DNA of 62,628 nt, counting the filler, from Sphacelaria rigidula (lineage: Eukaryota), in assembly GCA_964200075.2 (NCBI GenBank). It is 7 parts of 7 records of this genome, joined end to end, with 100 filler letters (N's around TTAATTAATTAA, not from the genome) between each part and the next. Parts side by side here need not be neighbours in the genome. Positions count along the whole stretch, not along the records: positions 1 to 8,862 come from CAXNAA020009909.1; positions 8,963 to 17,824 come from CAXNAA020009910.1; 5 more parts are not named here. One strand, written 5' to 3'. Made by a program: the position numbers and the translations under genes. The notes below the pieces were generated by a model. That model was not told where the DNA came from and did no database searches. It was given only the letters and a program-made list of their open reading frames with translations. Every line of letters starts with the position of its first letter. Position 1 is the first letter of the stretch. Shown in pieces: positions 1 through 12,915 of this stretch.

Positions 1-459
1 CTTCTCGCCCGGCCCCCCGCGCGCGGGGGGGGGGGGGGGGGGGGGGGCTCAACAGCCACGGACAAAAGTCCCGCGCTAGCCCAACAGTTGGTGCTCCCAA
101 CTGCGACCGGTAACGCGGCGCGCGGGTTGGAGTCATTACTTTTGGTCTCCTCTCTCCTTCTGTTTTATTTTATTTTCAATCTTTGCTTTCTAGATACCCC
201 ATGATTCTCAAGGCGAAAGCGAACAACTTCGAATGCCCCCGAATCGGCATCACAAGGAGGGCTTCGGATCACGGCAGTACAGTCTTGCACGCTCCAGCTT
301 CTACACTGGATGAGTAGGGAACTCATGGTATCCTGTCAACTGGTTACATTCGAGAGTCACGCAGCCGAAACTGCAGGTATTATGCACGCTAGTACGCAAT
401 CATCTCGGCTTCTACAGCATTTCGCGCACGAGGGACGTAAGGTAGGCGATGTCGCGCAG

Positions 460-3400
460 CTAACCCCGTCTCCTCATCTCCCACAGTAGCAGCTACAACA
501 ATAACAACAACAACAACAACCGCAAACTGTGTAACCACCCCGGATAATAGAAACAAGAGAAACAAATATTACCCACCTCATCAAGGCTCGACCGCGAGGT
601 GGAGCACGGTGTGGAGTACTGGCTAGCGGCGTCGGAGCCGTCACTACTTTGCGGCAAGTCCGGGTCCAACACAATAGTCCCGTCACCATCGCCGTCATCA
701 TCTGTTCTGCTCTCCAGATATCTCTCTCGTTCTCGCTTATCTCCCCACAGACCGCTCCTCTCCCGAATACTGCACATACCCCCTCGCGCCGCCGGCGAAG
801 ACCCGTCACACTGTTGTCGTTGGGGCACCCGGCTCATACTAGTCCCCAGATTTTCGTCTTCCTCTGAGAGATCGCTCTCGCCTTCACTTCCTGACTCGGA
901 TTCGCTCTCGCTCTCGCTGCCCGTTTCGAATCCGCTCTCTCCGCTCTCTCCGCTGTCGTCCTCGTCATCGTCGTCATCATCGTCTTCACTCTCTCCGGAG
1001 ATCTGGGAGATCTCGATGGGGATTTTGCCGGCGATGTGAGAGATCTCTGTGGGAGCAGTGCTAGAGGGCAGGACACGAGAAGCATCGCCGACAGCAGCAA
1101 GGGCAACAGGAGAAGAGGACGATGGGGAGAAGGGGAGCGGAGAAGAATCCAGAGAACGATCCCCGTCGAAACTTCCCGTTTCGCGGTCATCGCCACGTAG
1201 TTCTTTCGCTTCCACAAACGTTTCGCCAGCTGCAAGCGCGGCGGTCATTCTTCCTCTACGACGATTTCTGCCCTGAACAAACGCTCCCGACTGTCTCTTC
1301 GACTGGTCTTCGTCATCGGCGGCATCCGTGGACCTTCCCTCGGGTGCTTCGTCGGCGGGAACTTCCTCCGACTGTTTCGTGGACTCTCCCGTGGTACCTT
1401 CTTCTTTCATCAAACAAGGAGTTTCGTTTTTCGGAGAAAGGGAAGGGAAGGAAGGAGCGCGGGAGCTGGCGTCTTCGTTGTTTTCGTTGGCCGTTTTCGT
1501 AGATTCCACTTCAGGTCGGGACGGTGGGTTCGAGCTTGGTGTACACGCTAGCCCGTTGACCCCGTATCGCTCCGCGCATCGTTTCGCGTACCGTCCGGTG
1601 TCCATCTCTGGGCGCCGTTCCTCATCCGCAATCTCCACTGCGACGTCAATACTACAGCCGCCTAGCGGCAAACCCGGAAAGGGTGCGTCCGCGCCCGTAT
1701 CATCTCGTCCTGGCGATAACTCCACGTCGGCGGCTTGATCAGGCAGCGGCAGCGCCTCCAGGAAGCCTGCGTCTCCTCCAGCTCTACACAGGCGTTCACT
1801 ACCGGCGCCAATGCTGCTTGTTTTCGGCGCGCTCTGAGAACACTTTTCTGCCGACTGCGTCTCTTTGGAGGGCAACGTCTCAGCCGTCACCTCGGCAGTC
1901 AACAGCCGCCGCTGGTCAACCATTGCAACCGGCGCTCGACGGCCGTCGTCACTACTGCAGCTACTCTCCACTGTGCCTGAGTTATGACTTTGTACAAAAC
2001 TTTGCTTGTGCGTCGAGGAACGCGGAGGTTCACGCGGCGCCACCGGCGCTACCGTGGCCGAGGTCGTCGTTGCCGGTGCCACGGCCGCTGACCTCCTTTG
2101 GCTTGCAGCTTCAACCGGACCATGCACAGCATCGGCCGCCGGGGTGACCACTGGTAAGCCGGCGTCCCTGTCCATAGACGAGGGCGAGAACGTCAACCTT
2201 TTCCGACGGCCGTCCGCTCCCATGCGAATGGGCACGCGCCCGGTACCGCATGCCGGGGGGGACAAGGTCCTCGCAGAACCACCACCATCCGACGACGGCT
2301 TATCCGCCGCAACCTCGGGCACCAACGGCTTTGGATCGGATATTGTGTCTTCGCGGCTGAGGCGGCTCGACTGTGCGAGTTTTGTATCGCGGCGGGTGCC
2401 GGTGAGGCCCCTGTCTCCCGGACTACCAAACCGTCTTCTCAATTGGCCATGCTCCGGCGACATCGAATTTCGGCTCGATTGCCAGCCATACCGCGGCGGG
2501 CTGTGCCTCCTCGCTTGTGGAGGGATATTGCTGTCGTTTCGCTCACCGGTAGCAGAGGCGGCGGTAGCAGCAGGAGGCTGAACGCTCGTAGCCGCCCCCA
2601 TTGCCGCGGGACTACCATTCACAAGACCCTTTGACTTAGGTTTCGGCGGCGACCTTGCCACCGCCGCTTCTGCCGTCTGTTTTACACTGTTCCCAGAAGT
2701 CGAGACCGGTGCATCATTGGAAACCGCTCTGGGGCGTGGCGGAGAGCGCGATTGACTTCGAGATGTGCGTTGCGTTCCGATCCCGGCAGCGGCGGCGGCA
2801 GCCGCCGTGGACACTATTTCCGGCTGGGATGCCTGCGTTGTGGCTCCACTGCCGCCGTAGTGCGACTTGTGGGCCAAAGGCGGGCCCGAGAGGCTGCTCC
2901 GACGATATTGCGGCGCAGCCAGAGACCTTCTTCGATCCTTACGCTTCTCGTGCTGCGCCGCAGTCGAAGGCGCGGCGGTAATCGTCGCCGCCTCGGCGTC
3001 CCTTGTCGCCTCTGTTTGTAAGTACGCCCCCCCGCTCGACGCTGCCGCGACGGCAGCCGTTATCTTGTCGACTACTGAGCTGCTATTTACCGCAGCCACC
3101 GCAGACGTCGCCAGTGGGGTTGGTGAAGGTGGCCGTTGATCGTTTGAAGGATGTTCCTCGGATCTTTCCTTAGTCTGTCCTGCCTCGTCCCGGAGGACAT
3201 CAACGGTTGCTTCAGAATCGCTTGCTCTATTATCCCCCGATGCCTTGTATGATGCTGCATTTGGAACGGTAGCCCCGGGTTCCGCTTCGCGACATGGGCG
3301 CTGGTAATGAAGCCTAGGTCGGGGGACCGCGGTCGACGACGTCCGGGTGGGAGTAGTGACGACGCGCGGTGCTTGTAAGCGGGAGGGCGTCGCGGGTTTC

Positions 3401-4825
3401 GTTTTCGCAACGCCGTCTCTGCGGACAACTGGTGATGCTGGTGCAGGTAACGGTCGTCTGGGCCACCCGTGCGCACCATAAAAGCAGGAAAAATCGAACG
3501 AAGACGCGAATACGGAGAGAAATGACAAGAGACAGATGAAAGGAATCCTGGTTTGTCTGCACAACGCGGAATTCATCGAGCGAAACAGCAGAATGCAAAC
3601 CTCGGAACCACGGAAACCCCCAAAATAATGAGGGGGAGGGGAGGGGAAAGCTACTCATGTTCTCTGGAGGAACCAAACACACGATAATACCAAAAAGTTA
3701 CAGCCAATCGGTTGAAAACATCGGAATATCCCCCTCCGTTTTCCTCGTCCCCAGCTAGATAGCACTCTCCCAACATTTTACCCGTCGTTATCGGGCACAG
3801 CCATACTCCCGCCAGATCTTGCTGAAGGAGTTCGCGCAGGCCGCAGCCTTGCTGGTGACACCACCATGGCCGCCGCAGAAGCAACACAAGCCACGCCGCC
3901 ATCATCACCATCGCCACTTCCATTGCTATCATCACAAACACCACCGCTGCCACCACCATCCACACCACTACTTCCACTATTCTTCGGAACAGAGGCCACG
4001 CTCGCTGCTGCGACTGCATTTCCCTTCTTGAGATCTTCCCCTTCACAAAACGCGCTGTCATTGTCGCCTGTCGCTGCAGACCCCCCCGCCAGAGGATTCC
4101 CATCAGAGAGCAGCGGCTGCCCCGACGGTGGTAGCCGGGGGCGATTTGCGCGTTGCTGCTGCGCCCCTCCGGCCGGTCGGGGCGTGCCTGCCATAGGATT
4201 TACGTTGGCGTTATCTTCTATTCTAGCCCTCACCGGCGTTTCTTTGCGCATTTTGCCGTAGGAGGATGCGGTCGGGCGAAGGAGGCCGGACATGCGAGAC
4301 GGAACCGGGGTGGAGGTGGTGCTCGTTGTGCTCCGCGCAGTAGCGGAGTTGATCGAGATGGAGTGATTTGCCGCTGTTGGCGTTGATGCGGAGAAGTGTG
4401 ACACCTGTTTAGTTCAACACGATAGCAATGAGAAAAAGTTAAATGAATTGCGCAAATGGCAAGCCAGTTGTGAGGGAAGCAACGAACGGGTGGGCGGAGC
4501 GCGAGCGGGCGCGCATGCGCCCGGGGGGGATGGGGGGGGGAGAAGGACTCTCTCTAGACATCATGGTTGCAAAAACCACGAAAATGTACATTTCAGCGGA
4601 GCGCAGAACTTTGTCAGGTGTGGATCTGGCTGTGGTGCACCCAAATCAAACTAACAAAGCAAGTTTAACTCAAGAGAAGCGGGAAAAAAAAAAACGTGAC
4701 CGCACGACCACCCTGTGGTTGAATCATAATCAGCGTTTGCAATATATACAGACCGGGCCGCCCAAGTAGCCCACTTTCCTTCAGCGTGTTGTAACTGACG
4801 TTGCATCGCGAGTTGTGCCTACCAT
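460..4825 (-). CDS. Multi-exon gene for a ~1179-aa low-complexity Ser/Ala/Pro/Arg-rich protein with an acidic C-terminal tract, function unknown
   Basis: Phase-consistent model on the minus strand: 4823-4825 (ATG|GTAGGC), 3782-4404 (CAG|VSHF...GG|GTAAAA), 577-3457 (CCCAG|A CGA...LDE|GTGGGT), 460-492 (TTGTAG|LLLWEMRRRG*). The two large exons correspond to ORFs 3778-4404 and 493-3576. The first and last exons are less certain. Confidence 0.75.
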
Positions 4826-5747
4826 GTCACATCGTGATCATCTGCGAATCAACGCGCGTCTTTCAATCCACGTAGCACTGCGATCCGACAAGTTCCCATC
4901 GAACGAAATACCAAACTGTAGTTAGCTGCGAAGTGTAGAGAGTAGAGGGTGACATGTGCGGCGGGATTAGGGAAAAAAAACGCCTGAAATCGAATTTTCA
5001 TTTACAGTCGGTTGTGCCGCGGCCGCCGCAAACTTGAAATTGAACAGTATAACCGCAGTTCAGAGTGTCCTGCTCGCGTCGTGGCTGGTCCATCTCCACG
5101 CCGGAACCGGTTTTCGACACGACAACGCGATCTTGATGCTCAATTTTGGGTCGTTTACTATGATATTTGGACACGATGTACATACAGGTCGTGTGTGCGT
5201 ACATCCTATTTTTCCTCCCCTGCACTTCTTTTCCGCGATTTTTTTTGGCGACGGAAAATTTCAGAACATTTTTCCAGAACCAAATCGCGAAGAAGTCGCG
5301 AAAAATAAAAAAACTGTACAGTAGGAAAGATGGGGTCTTCGCACAAACGTCCTACACATCGTCCGTCAAAAATTTCATTCAAAACGACCTAAAGTGGAGC
5401 AGTGAAATCGCGTGTCGACATTCCTGTTTGCATCTCGGGCGGCCCAGCCTGTCATTCGGTACAAATGATGCGTCACCCCGCGATAATAGTGCGCAGTCTT
5501 TCGAGTACTTTTCTTCCATAGCTTGGTGGATGACGGGCTGCGGGATCATCTCGTACCTTTCCTCCGCCAGACTGACACCGACGTGTTGATGCGGTAGGAG
5601 TTACGGCCGTCACGGTGGTGTGACGAAGGTGCGACGACGATATGTGTCTTCCACCGCCGTTTCCGGCCAACCCCTGCTCGATTGGACGCATAACAAAATA
5701 ATATCGATGGCACTCTTGAAATTCACGCAAACACAATGGAGGAGGCG

Positions 5748-5774
5748 CGTTGTTGTTGTTGTTGTTGTTGTTGT
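5748..5774. repeat. (GTT)n microsatellite
   Basis: Directly visible run of gtt units. Confidence 0.9.
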
Positions 5775-7659
5775 TACTTGTGGACAAACGTATACCAACC
5801 AAACAGGGTCAAAACAAGAAGAAAAAACGCACCGACGAGTGATGTCCACAAAACGTCGTTGGACACTGTGCATGACGGTGGGTGGGCCGTTTCCAATGAG
5901 GTGCAATCGCCCAGGCTGGATTTCTGGTGCCCCCCCCCCCTGTGTGTGCCTCAGACCTTCTCGAGCATCGTTGGTCAGAACGACCGGTTACGTGGCTGTT
6001 TTCGCGACCACGGTTTGCTGTTTTTGTCGCACCAGTCTTTGCCTCGCTGGCTAATGTGTGCGACCGAGATTATTATTCCTGTGCAGCGGAAGCCCCCGCT
6101 TGCTTGCTCTCGGGGTCGAGGCGAATGAATCCATACAAACAAGTACCTCTCCACGCCGAACAAGAAAAAAGAAATGCGCGGAACGTTCATGAAATCCTTT
6201 GATAGCGCTCATATTTTGATATCATTACTGAAAAACACACACACACACACATCCACACATGCACACACTGAGATCAAATTGAAATGAATAAAAAATGCGC
6301 ATTAGGGGGTACATAACGACTCGATGGAAAAACGACCACTACTATTTACTTTTGCAGTCAAAGCATCAACACGCACCTGAGTAGTACCGTCAGTTACTTT
6401 TCAAGTTTTATAAGGGCTAGATCGGGGTGCCCCCGAAACCGGGCAATGGATGACATCCTCTATGGTGACCGGCCTTTCAACTCTTTTGAAACCGTTGATG
6501 GAAAAGTGACGATTTACAACTGACGTTTTCTTGAGCAAGATATGTTTTTTTTTTGCAACTGTTGATGATGCAGCCCACCCAAACGGTGCACTAGTTTAAT
6601 TCCAAGTACACTAATGTGACAGATTCGTGCACCGAACTCGAAGTGACGTTTTTCTGGTGACGAAAGCTCACATACGGGAGTTTGTACTGTTTCTCGCGAG
6701 TTCCAAAAACGGTCAATTCACGTGACCATGATCAATTAAGGTGCTGCTGCCAATTGTGTCTGAGAGTGAGCCGGGGGGTGCACAGTTTTCCTTGACGCGG
6801 TTTTGGTGAATTGCGTACAAGACAAGCTATATCCAAGGCCTCCACCGGATACAACAGGGATTTTCGACACACATTTCTGTGCTGCCCCTTCAAGGGGGAA
6901 GGAGGGGACGTTTCGGCAAGAGGCCTTTCGTGTACGGCTTTGCGCAGTTCTCCTCAAGAGGGAGCGGCGGTGATATTCTTCTCCTTCAAAGGCGCGTTCG
7001 GCCGAAAGAAAGCCGGCCGACCCTTCGTTTTCTTCACATCTTCCATAACGGATAACACCCTAATGAATACTCGTATGTCTTTTGAGCGTACAAAAAACGC
7101 CTGCAGTGTAAAACAGCAAAAGCTTCGGGGTAAGAGCCACGACAAAGCAGTACGTTCGCCGTCAGAGTGTAGTACAACACGAACAGTAGTGGTGGTCGTA
7201 CCAGCATCTCGCACATGTGGTCATCATGCATGCGAAGAAAATGTCACCACAACACCACAACGTCGAAACGGAGGGATAAAAAATGTGTCGCCCCGTCAAC
7301 TCCGGCAGTAGGGCTTCCACTCGCCTATTGGCCAAACGAAATGAACGCAGACGGTCAGCAGGAGCGATCTATTAAAATTAACCACAACATGGAGCCACCA
7401 GGTGTGCAGCAGCGTTTCGGCATGAGCTCAGAGGAGGGAGAGCACCTTTTCTGTTGGTTTTTCGGGCACCATTTTGCTGCTCTGTGTGGGGACGTCTTCC
7501 CACATGGATAATAACCACATGTGCTCGTGGCGAGACCAGTTTCATACTGTATTGGTGTACGGCGAGGGCAATAATACAGTGCTGGCCGCGGTTTATGCAC
7601 GAATAATCATCACGCGCGGCACGGAGCTGGCAATAGTTTTCTCCATATGTAGGCGTCGT

Positions 7660-7884
7660 CCCGCTCACCGGGCACTACTTCCACCACTATTCCGAATGCC
7701 CCGCTTGCAGGATAAGGGTTCATTAATGATGTTCTTTCCTTCCTGAGGCCGTTGCTTCTGTCGTTTTCTGTTCCTTTCTTTCTTTATTTCATTTTTCATC
7801 ATGTTCTATTTTTGCTGCTCCTGACCACGGGCTGAATTGTTGCAATCAGCTAATGTGAGATAATCAATCAATCAATCAATCAAT
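7660..7884 (+). mobile_element. 3' end of a non-LTR retroposon (LINE/SINE) with an (AATC)n tail
   Basis: Ends TGTTGCAATCAGCTAATGTGAGAT(AATC)n. The same end occurs inverted at 57096-57154. The 5' boundary is approximate. Confidence 0.6.
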
Positions 7885-8862
7885 GAAGTAAGAGAGTGGT
7901 GAAACGAGCCAGATTCAAAAATACACCAGAGTCACGTGAGGGAGGGGTTGGTATAGTCACAGAATAGTAGTGATTGTGCACTGGGCTATTATATAAAACT
8001 TTCCATGTTCCTTTGCCCCCCTCCCCTGCGGCCGTAGCCCGTCCGCGTGGCATTCACCGAGGGGGTCTGGCGTTCAGAGGTAACCCTTTGACAGCCAAGG
8101 CGGGGTCCTCTGGGGTCTTATATTCATATTTCAAGAGAACATGATACCCAGGCAGCAGATGACTGACCTCCGCGGTCAAAGGCCTGACCGTTTGCGCTCA
8201 CCAAGATGAGCACCATGGTGCGTGTCTCATCACACATAAATTGGCCAGCGGAAAAAAAAATGCAACGCAGTCGATTCTGTGAATTTTTGCTCGTTTTACG
8301 TGGTTTGGGACGAGCAAATTTCGCGAACGCAAAGGCTACGCACATGAAGAAAAGTACTGCGAGTGCTACGAGCCAACGGTAGAGTAGCCCCTCCCACCCC
8401 AACGTCGTTCATACGGCAATCACGAGACAATACCCTGCGCCCGACACAGCGCCCGGTAGGCCAGGGTGTAGTTATCCATCAACTCAACATTCTTGACTCA
8501 CATAAGCTGGTTTTACATCGATCGGTCGGTCACGACCTGAAGCAGCTTTACATGTGTCGAACAAACGCGTCACATAAAAACTTGAAACGTGATGAACTCT
8601 CACGCAGACAATCGGCCGCTGCTTGCCCAGTATGCCACACACGCCACTGAAAATGTGTGTTTTTATGCTATGCCGGACTGCGGCCACCTCTGAAGGTGGC
8701 AGGTGGTGAGCGCGTGTATGTATCTGTACAGTAGGTACCGGCCGTGGCATGCACTGCGATGCCGGGCACACGTTTGACGTTTCGAAGCGTGGAACATAAC
8801 AAACGTTCGTATGTTGTTGGTACTGTACGAGCTGGGCCAGCCCAGAAACGGATTTACCCTCG

Positions 8863-8962
8863 NNNNNNNNNNNNNNNNNNNNNNNNNNNNNNNNNNNNNN
8901 NNNNNNTTAATTAATTAANNNNNNNNNNNNNNNNNNNNNNNNNNNNNNNNNNNNNNNNNNNN
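8863..8962. other. Assembly spacer (N run with TTAATTAATTAA linker); also at 17825-17924, 26787-26886, 35748-35847, 44709-44808 and 53669-53768
   Basis: Six 100-nt spacers, each containing a linker with stop codons in all six frames. Confidence 0.97.
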
Positions 8963-9340
8963 CTTGGACCAGCGGTCAACTTTTTCCTCCCTCTCGGGCA
9001 ATCAGGCAGAAGAAATCGAGAATTTGGTGATTTTGAGTCGTGATGAGTTGTCCTAACCGTGCAAGATTTATTTCAAGGTTTCGCCGTCCTCTACCGGCTT
9101 CCGGGGATCCCAGCATCAAGACTCCAGGAAACCGGTACAGAATGCCCCAGCACCAAAATTTTGACATCTTCTTCTCATGGTTGGGTGGTATCCCAAGGAA
9201 CATGTGTACCAGTTTTCGTTGCTCAACTCGAAAAACTGAATCGGCTGGGTCTTTTACCGTGGAAACAACCCCCCCAAAAGGGGCGATTCTGTACTTGAAT
9301 CAGGTAATTACAGACATTTTTATACTTCAGCGCACGTTTT

Positions 9341-9623
9341 GGCATTTCCTCGCGCCGTTTTTTCGACTTGGACCGCGAAATTTTGCACACATATTCTGGA
9401 AGGCTGTGTCTAAAAGTCGAAGAGTTTTTATTTTATTTTTTGTCTTGGTGGCCGATTATTCGGGATCCTGGCTGGAGTACTTGACCGGGGGAGGTCAGAT
9501 CCTGGCTATCTCGACACCAAAAAATAAAATAAAATAAAACTCCTCGAGTTTTAGATACTGCCTTCCAGAATATGTGAGCAAATTTTCGTGGTCTTAACTC
9601 GAAAAAACAGCGTGAGGAATTCC
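9341..9623. mobile_element. Foldback/MITE-like long imperfect palindrome
   Basis: Arms of ~100 bp (ATTTCCTCGCGCCGTTTTTTCG...CATATTCTGGAAGGC vs GCCTTCCAGAATATG...CGAAAAAACAGCGTGAGGAAT). Confidence 0.75.
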
Positions 9624-12600
9624 CGGGGTCAAAATTTTGTGCGTTCAATCTGAACTAGCCTGTAGTAGTAACCGCAAGTAAGTGAAGAAATGGAAGCATA
9701 CTTCGAATATTTTGTGTGGATACGAAAATTTTGATCCTCCGGGTTTTCATCCCCGATAAACGATCCATCCCCAAGTTGTCAAATCCCGTGTTACATGCCT
9801 AGCTGTGAACGAAGCGGCCATTCATGTGGTCCACCCTACCGCCGCTGTAGCTGCAGCAACCCTACTGATGGCTTCTTCATCAGCTCTTCTTGTTGACTTG
9901 CACGCTTAGCTTGCGCCTAGTTATGGTATATGTCATCTAAAAACAGGTCGGGGATTAGTGGCTTGGCGCGGCAGCCGATGGTACGTTTGCCGCGTGTATT
10001 GCAGCTCGAGGATGCACACGGTGGCGTGCATTGAGCACAATCAGTGGTATACGGCCGGCCGCCGTGTTAGTGAGGTTAACTGTGTGCCTATGGCGGGATG
10101 GCGTGTCTAGGGCAGTAGACAGGGTGTTTGTTTGTAGCATGCCGCATGTACGGGGTTTCGGGCAGCCGTCTGCAGTCCTCCCCTTCCGCACTGTTAGTTG
10201 ATGGGATGGATGTCGAAGGAGTGTGCAGGACTACACCTTCCTTGACGTGGTTCGACGAGCAGGAGAGCGTACATTTTCTCCCCTTCACGCCATACCTAGC
10301 CACTTCATCACAACCAATCCTCGTCGGCATATATGCCTCACGATGATATCTTGACCGTGCCCTCGGTCGTATCCGCCGCACTGTATACAACACTTTCTTC
10401 TCTCCTCCACACCGAACCTATAATATTTCCCGCACGCATTGTATCAACACCGCGCGCTTGGCGACGCCTCTTCTAGACGTTGGCCACACACTCGGCCGCA
10501 TTCGCGGCACAGCAGGCCCCACGGTGACGGCTTTCTGTGCCGAAGCTGGGCCTCCTGCTTCAATCCACAACATCACGACATGGTACATGATCTTGGTCGA
10601 CTCATCAAGGTCGATTCCAAATCTGTTGTAAGCCAGGCCTCGTCCTGGTACTCTGGGTCACGGTTGGCGTTGACTTTGGTACGCCCCCAACACATGCGGA
10701 GGACAGCACACTAGACACGTTTTGTATGGATTGATCGCTTGTCGCACATCAGTCAGCTTTACAGTTTTACTGTACAGTATCGTGGAGTAGCTGATCGTTA
10801 CGAATCCAGCCATCGTCGCGATATGCCGTAGGAATGCGTGCTGCGTTCAACCCATCCTATCTCTCGCTCTTGTTCAGAACGACGAAGGTTACGAAAACAC
10901 AGCACTCCGTGTTCTAACCCTTTGGTTCACAGCTGCTGTCGCCTCTTGCCAATTAACTGTTGCTGCTATGCGGGGTGATGCGCACTCGCAGCTACTGAGG
11001 ACGATGCAATCAAATACCACAGAGACTCTCCTCCACGCTGCAATATTTTGCCTGTTTCATTTCACTCCTTGCTGTACTACAGACAGTAGTTGTACTATAT
11101 GGTCGCCGGAACTGGTCGACGATTTTCATGGTTGAGCACATCCTGTCTTTGCGAAGCTATGACTAACCGTGACCCCAACTCCCACCCAAGGCATACTGTG
11201 AACCCTCAGGTATAGGGAGTACACATGATAACCTTGGCAAAGTGTGTATTGGCAGAACAAAAATACGTCCTGCGTACGCATACTGGCGGGCACCTGGGAC
11301 GGTCGTTACCTCCCACCCCCACCCCCACCCCCACCCCCTCCTCACCATATAAAAAAGATCCGCAGGTGATGAAGGATCAAGACCCATGAGAGCAGTTATT
11401 TTTTTACTTTATTTTCAACCATGGCATTTGTCTATGAGATTCATGACCATTTTCTTTGAACAAAATTATTGGAACATGACCAGAGTGTAAGGTGAAGGCT
11501 GTGGCTGATTGTTGGCTAACTGATCCCGTTCCTCTGCTGTACAACCCAAAAAACCCTTGGCACGCCCTTCGTTCCCAAGCACCCCTCTTGAAGCAGAGAA
11601 GCTGATAGTACTCTCATGAACGTTCCCTTTCGTTTCCATCTCTAGCTACATCGCGCCGCTTTCTTCACAAGTGATCGCACAAGTAGGCGGCCAGGTGAGC
11701 AGTACAAGGGGGCAGCACCTGAATATCGGAACGTTGGCGCATTCCATCACAGCACAGTACCACCCCTTAGCCCCAGCAACGGGTGTTCTCATGCTCAGCT
11801 ATACCGTCACGGTTTACTGAAAGAGAGGGGCAGATCGAGGCCTTCCCCGCTTGTAGAGTTGACTTCGATTGTGCATCGAAGAAACCGAATCCCGTGCCGA
11901 TAACGATAGTTGGGCCGTTGTGCGGAGGATTGCAGCTGGAGGATTGCGTGACAACGGCGTGAGGGTCGAGAGTGTGTGGAACAAGCAGACGCTTTAGCCA
12001 CATCTCCGTGGAGTGCAAGGTACAAATTGACACGGAGAGAGCGTGGAACTGGAGATTCTCTACGAGGGACCATGGGGATCTTGGCAGATGTGAGTCACTA
12101 TCGTTGCTCTTGCTTTGCTGCTAGGTTGTGTGCAATACTGTTCGTACTGCACGGTCTGGACAGACAGTACCGGCTGTATGCTCCGAGCAAATTTCGGCAT
12201 TTAGGCTGATCCAGACATGCTGTCTGTAGCATCGCACGCCTGCGGGTGAAGACGTTGTCAAACCTTGATTTTCACGATCCAAACGCTGAACATTGCTGAA
12301 CGTTGCTGCACTCCTGAAGTAGGCCCGTTCATGTCGAGATGTACATGATATCTTCGAGCCGACGCGGATTCCGGCGGAGGGATGAACGGTGTTTCAGAAA
12401 ATATCGTTGAAGGACCAATCACCCGTTACATGTCGTACACTGTACTAAAAATCTCCGTTACCCGCGAAAAAACGTTACTAGTGTCGAGGAATGTTGCGCG
12501 TACATGTTGCGTTTACCGTATTCAGGAGTAGGTTCCCACTGCACTGTAGAAATTACTGTCACCATGTAATTGAGGAACCAAGTCTCGGTGACACGTGCTA

Positions 12601-12817
12601 TTGTCTCCCTTGCACCGGTACGTTCCCCGCACATTGAAGATATTCAAAACTCGAGGTCAGTAAGGGGCCTCGAGTTTGGGATACTTGTCTATTTGAATGA
12701 ATTGAAGTAGGTACGAGTAGATGGCGAGAGTAGTCCATCTGCATCGTGCATAATATTTTCAAGTGAAATTGATGCCGATTCAAGAGGTGACCTATACCCT
12801 CCCTGTCGAAGGGTTAA

Positions 12818-12915
12818 CCCGTAGACCGCGAGGTTAGTCTTCTGCTGAATCGACATCAATTTCAAGTGAAAAAAAGTATGCATGATCCAGAAAGTCTAAT
12901 CTCGCGGTCTAAGGG
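12818..12915. mobile_element. 98-bp piggyBac-type miniature element
   Basis: TTAA|CCCGTAGACCGCGAGGTTAGTCTTCTG...CAGAAAGTCTAATCTCGCGGTCTAAGGG|TTGA: CCC/GGG termini, ~27-bp TIRs and a TTAA-like target site. Confidence 0.65.

Noticed and set aside
599-3139. Many plus-strand ORFs of 70-190 aa
   Set aside because: Antisense shadows of the GC-rich minus-strand exon.
8907-8918. Regularly spaced TTAATTAATTAA palindromes
   Set aside because: Artificial six-frame-stop linker inside the N spacers, not biological.
10580-10627. LIKVDSKSV as a 5' exon of TCTP
   Set aside because: Different contig from the TCTP exons, and it lacks the conserved TCTP N-terminal motif.
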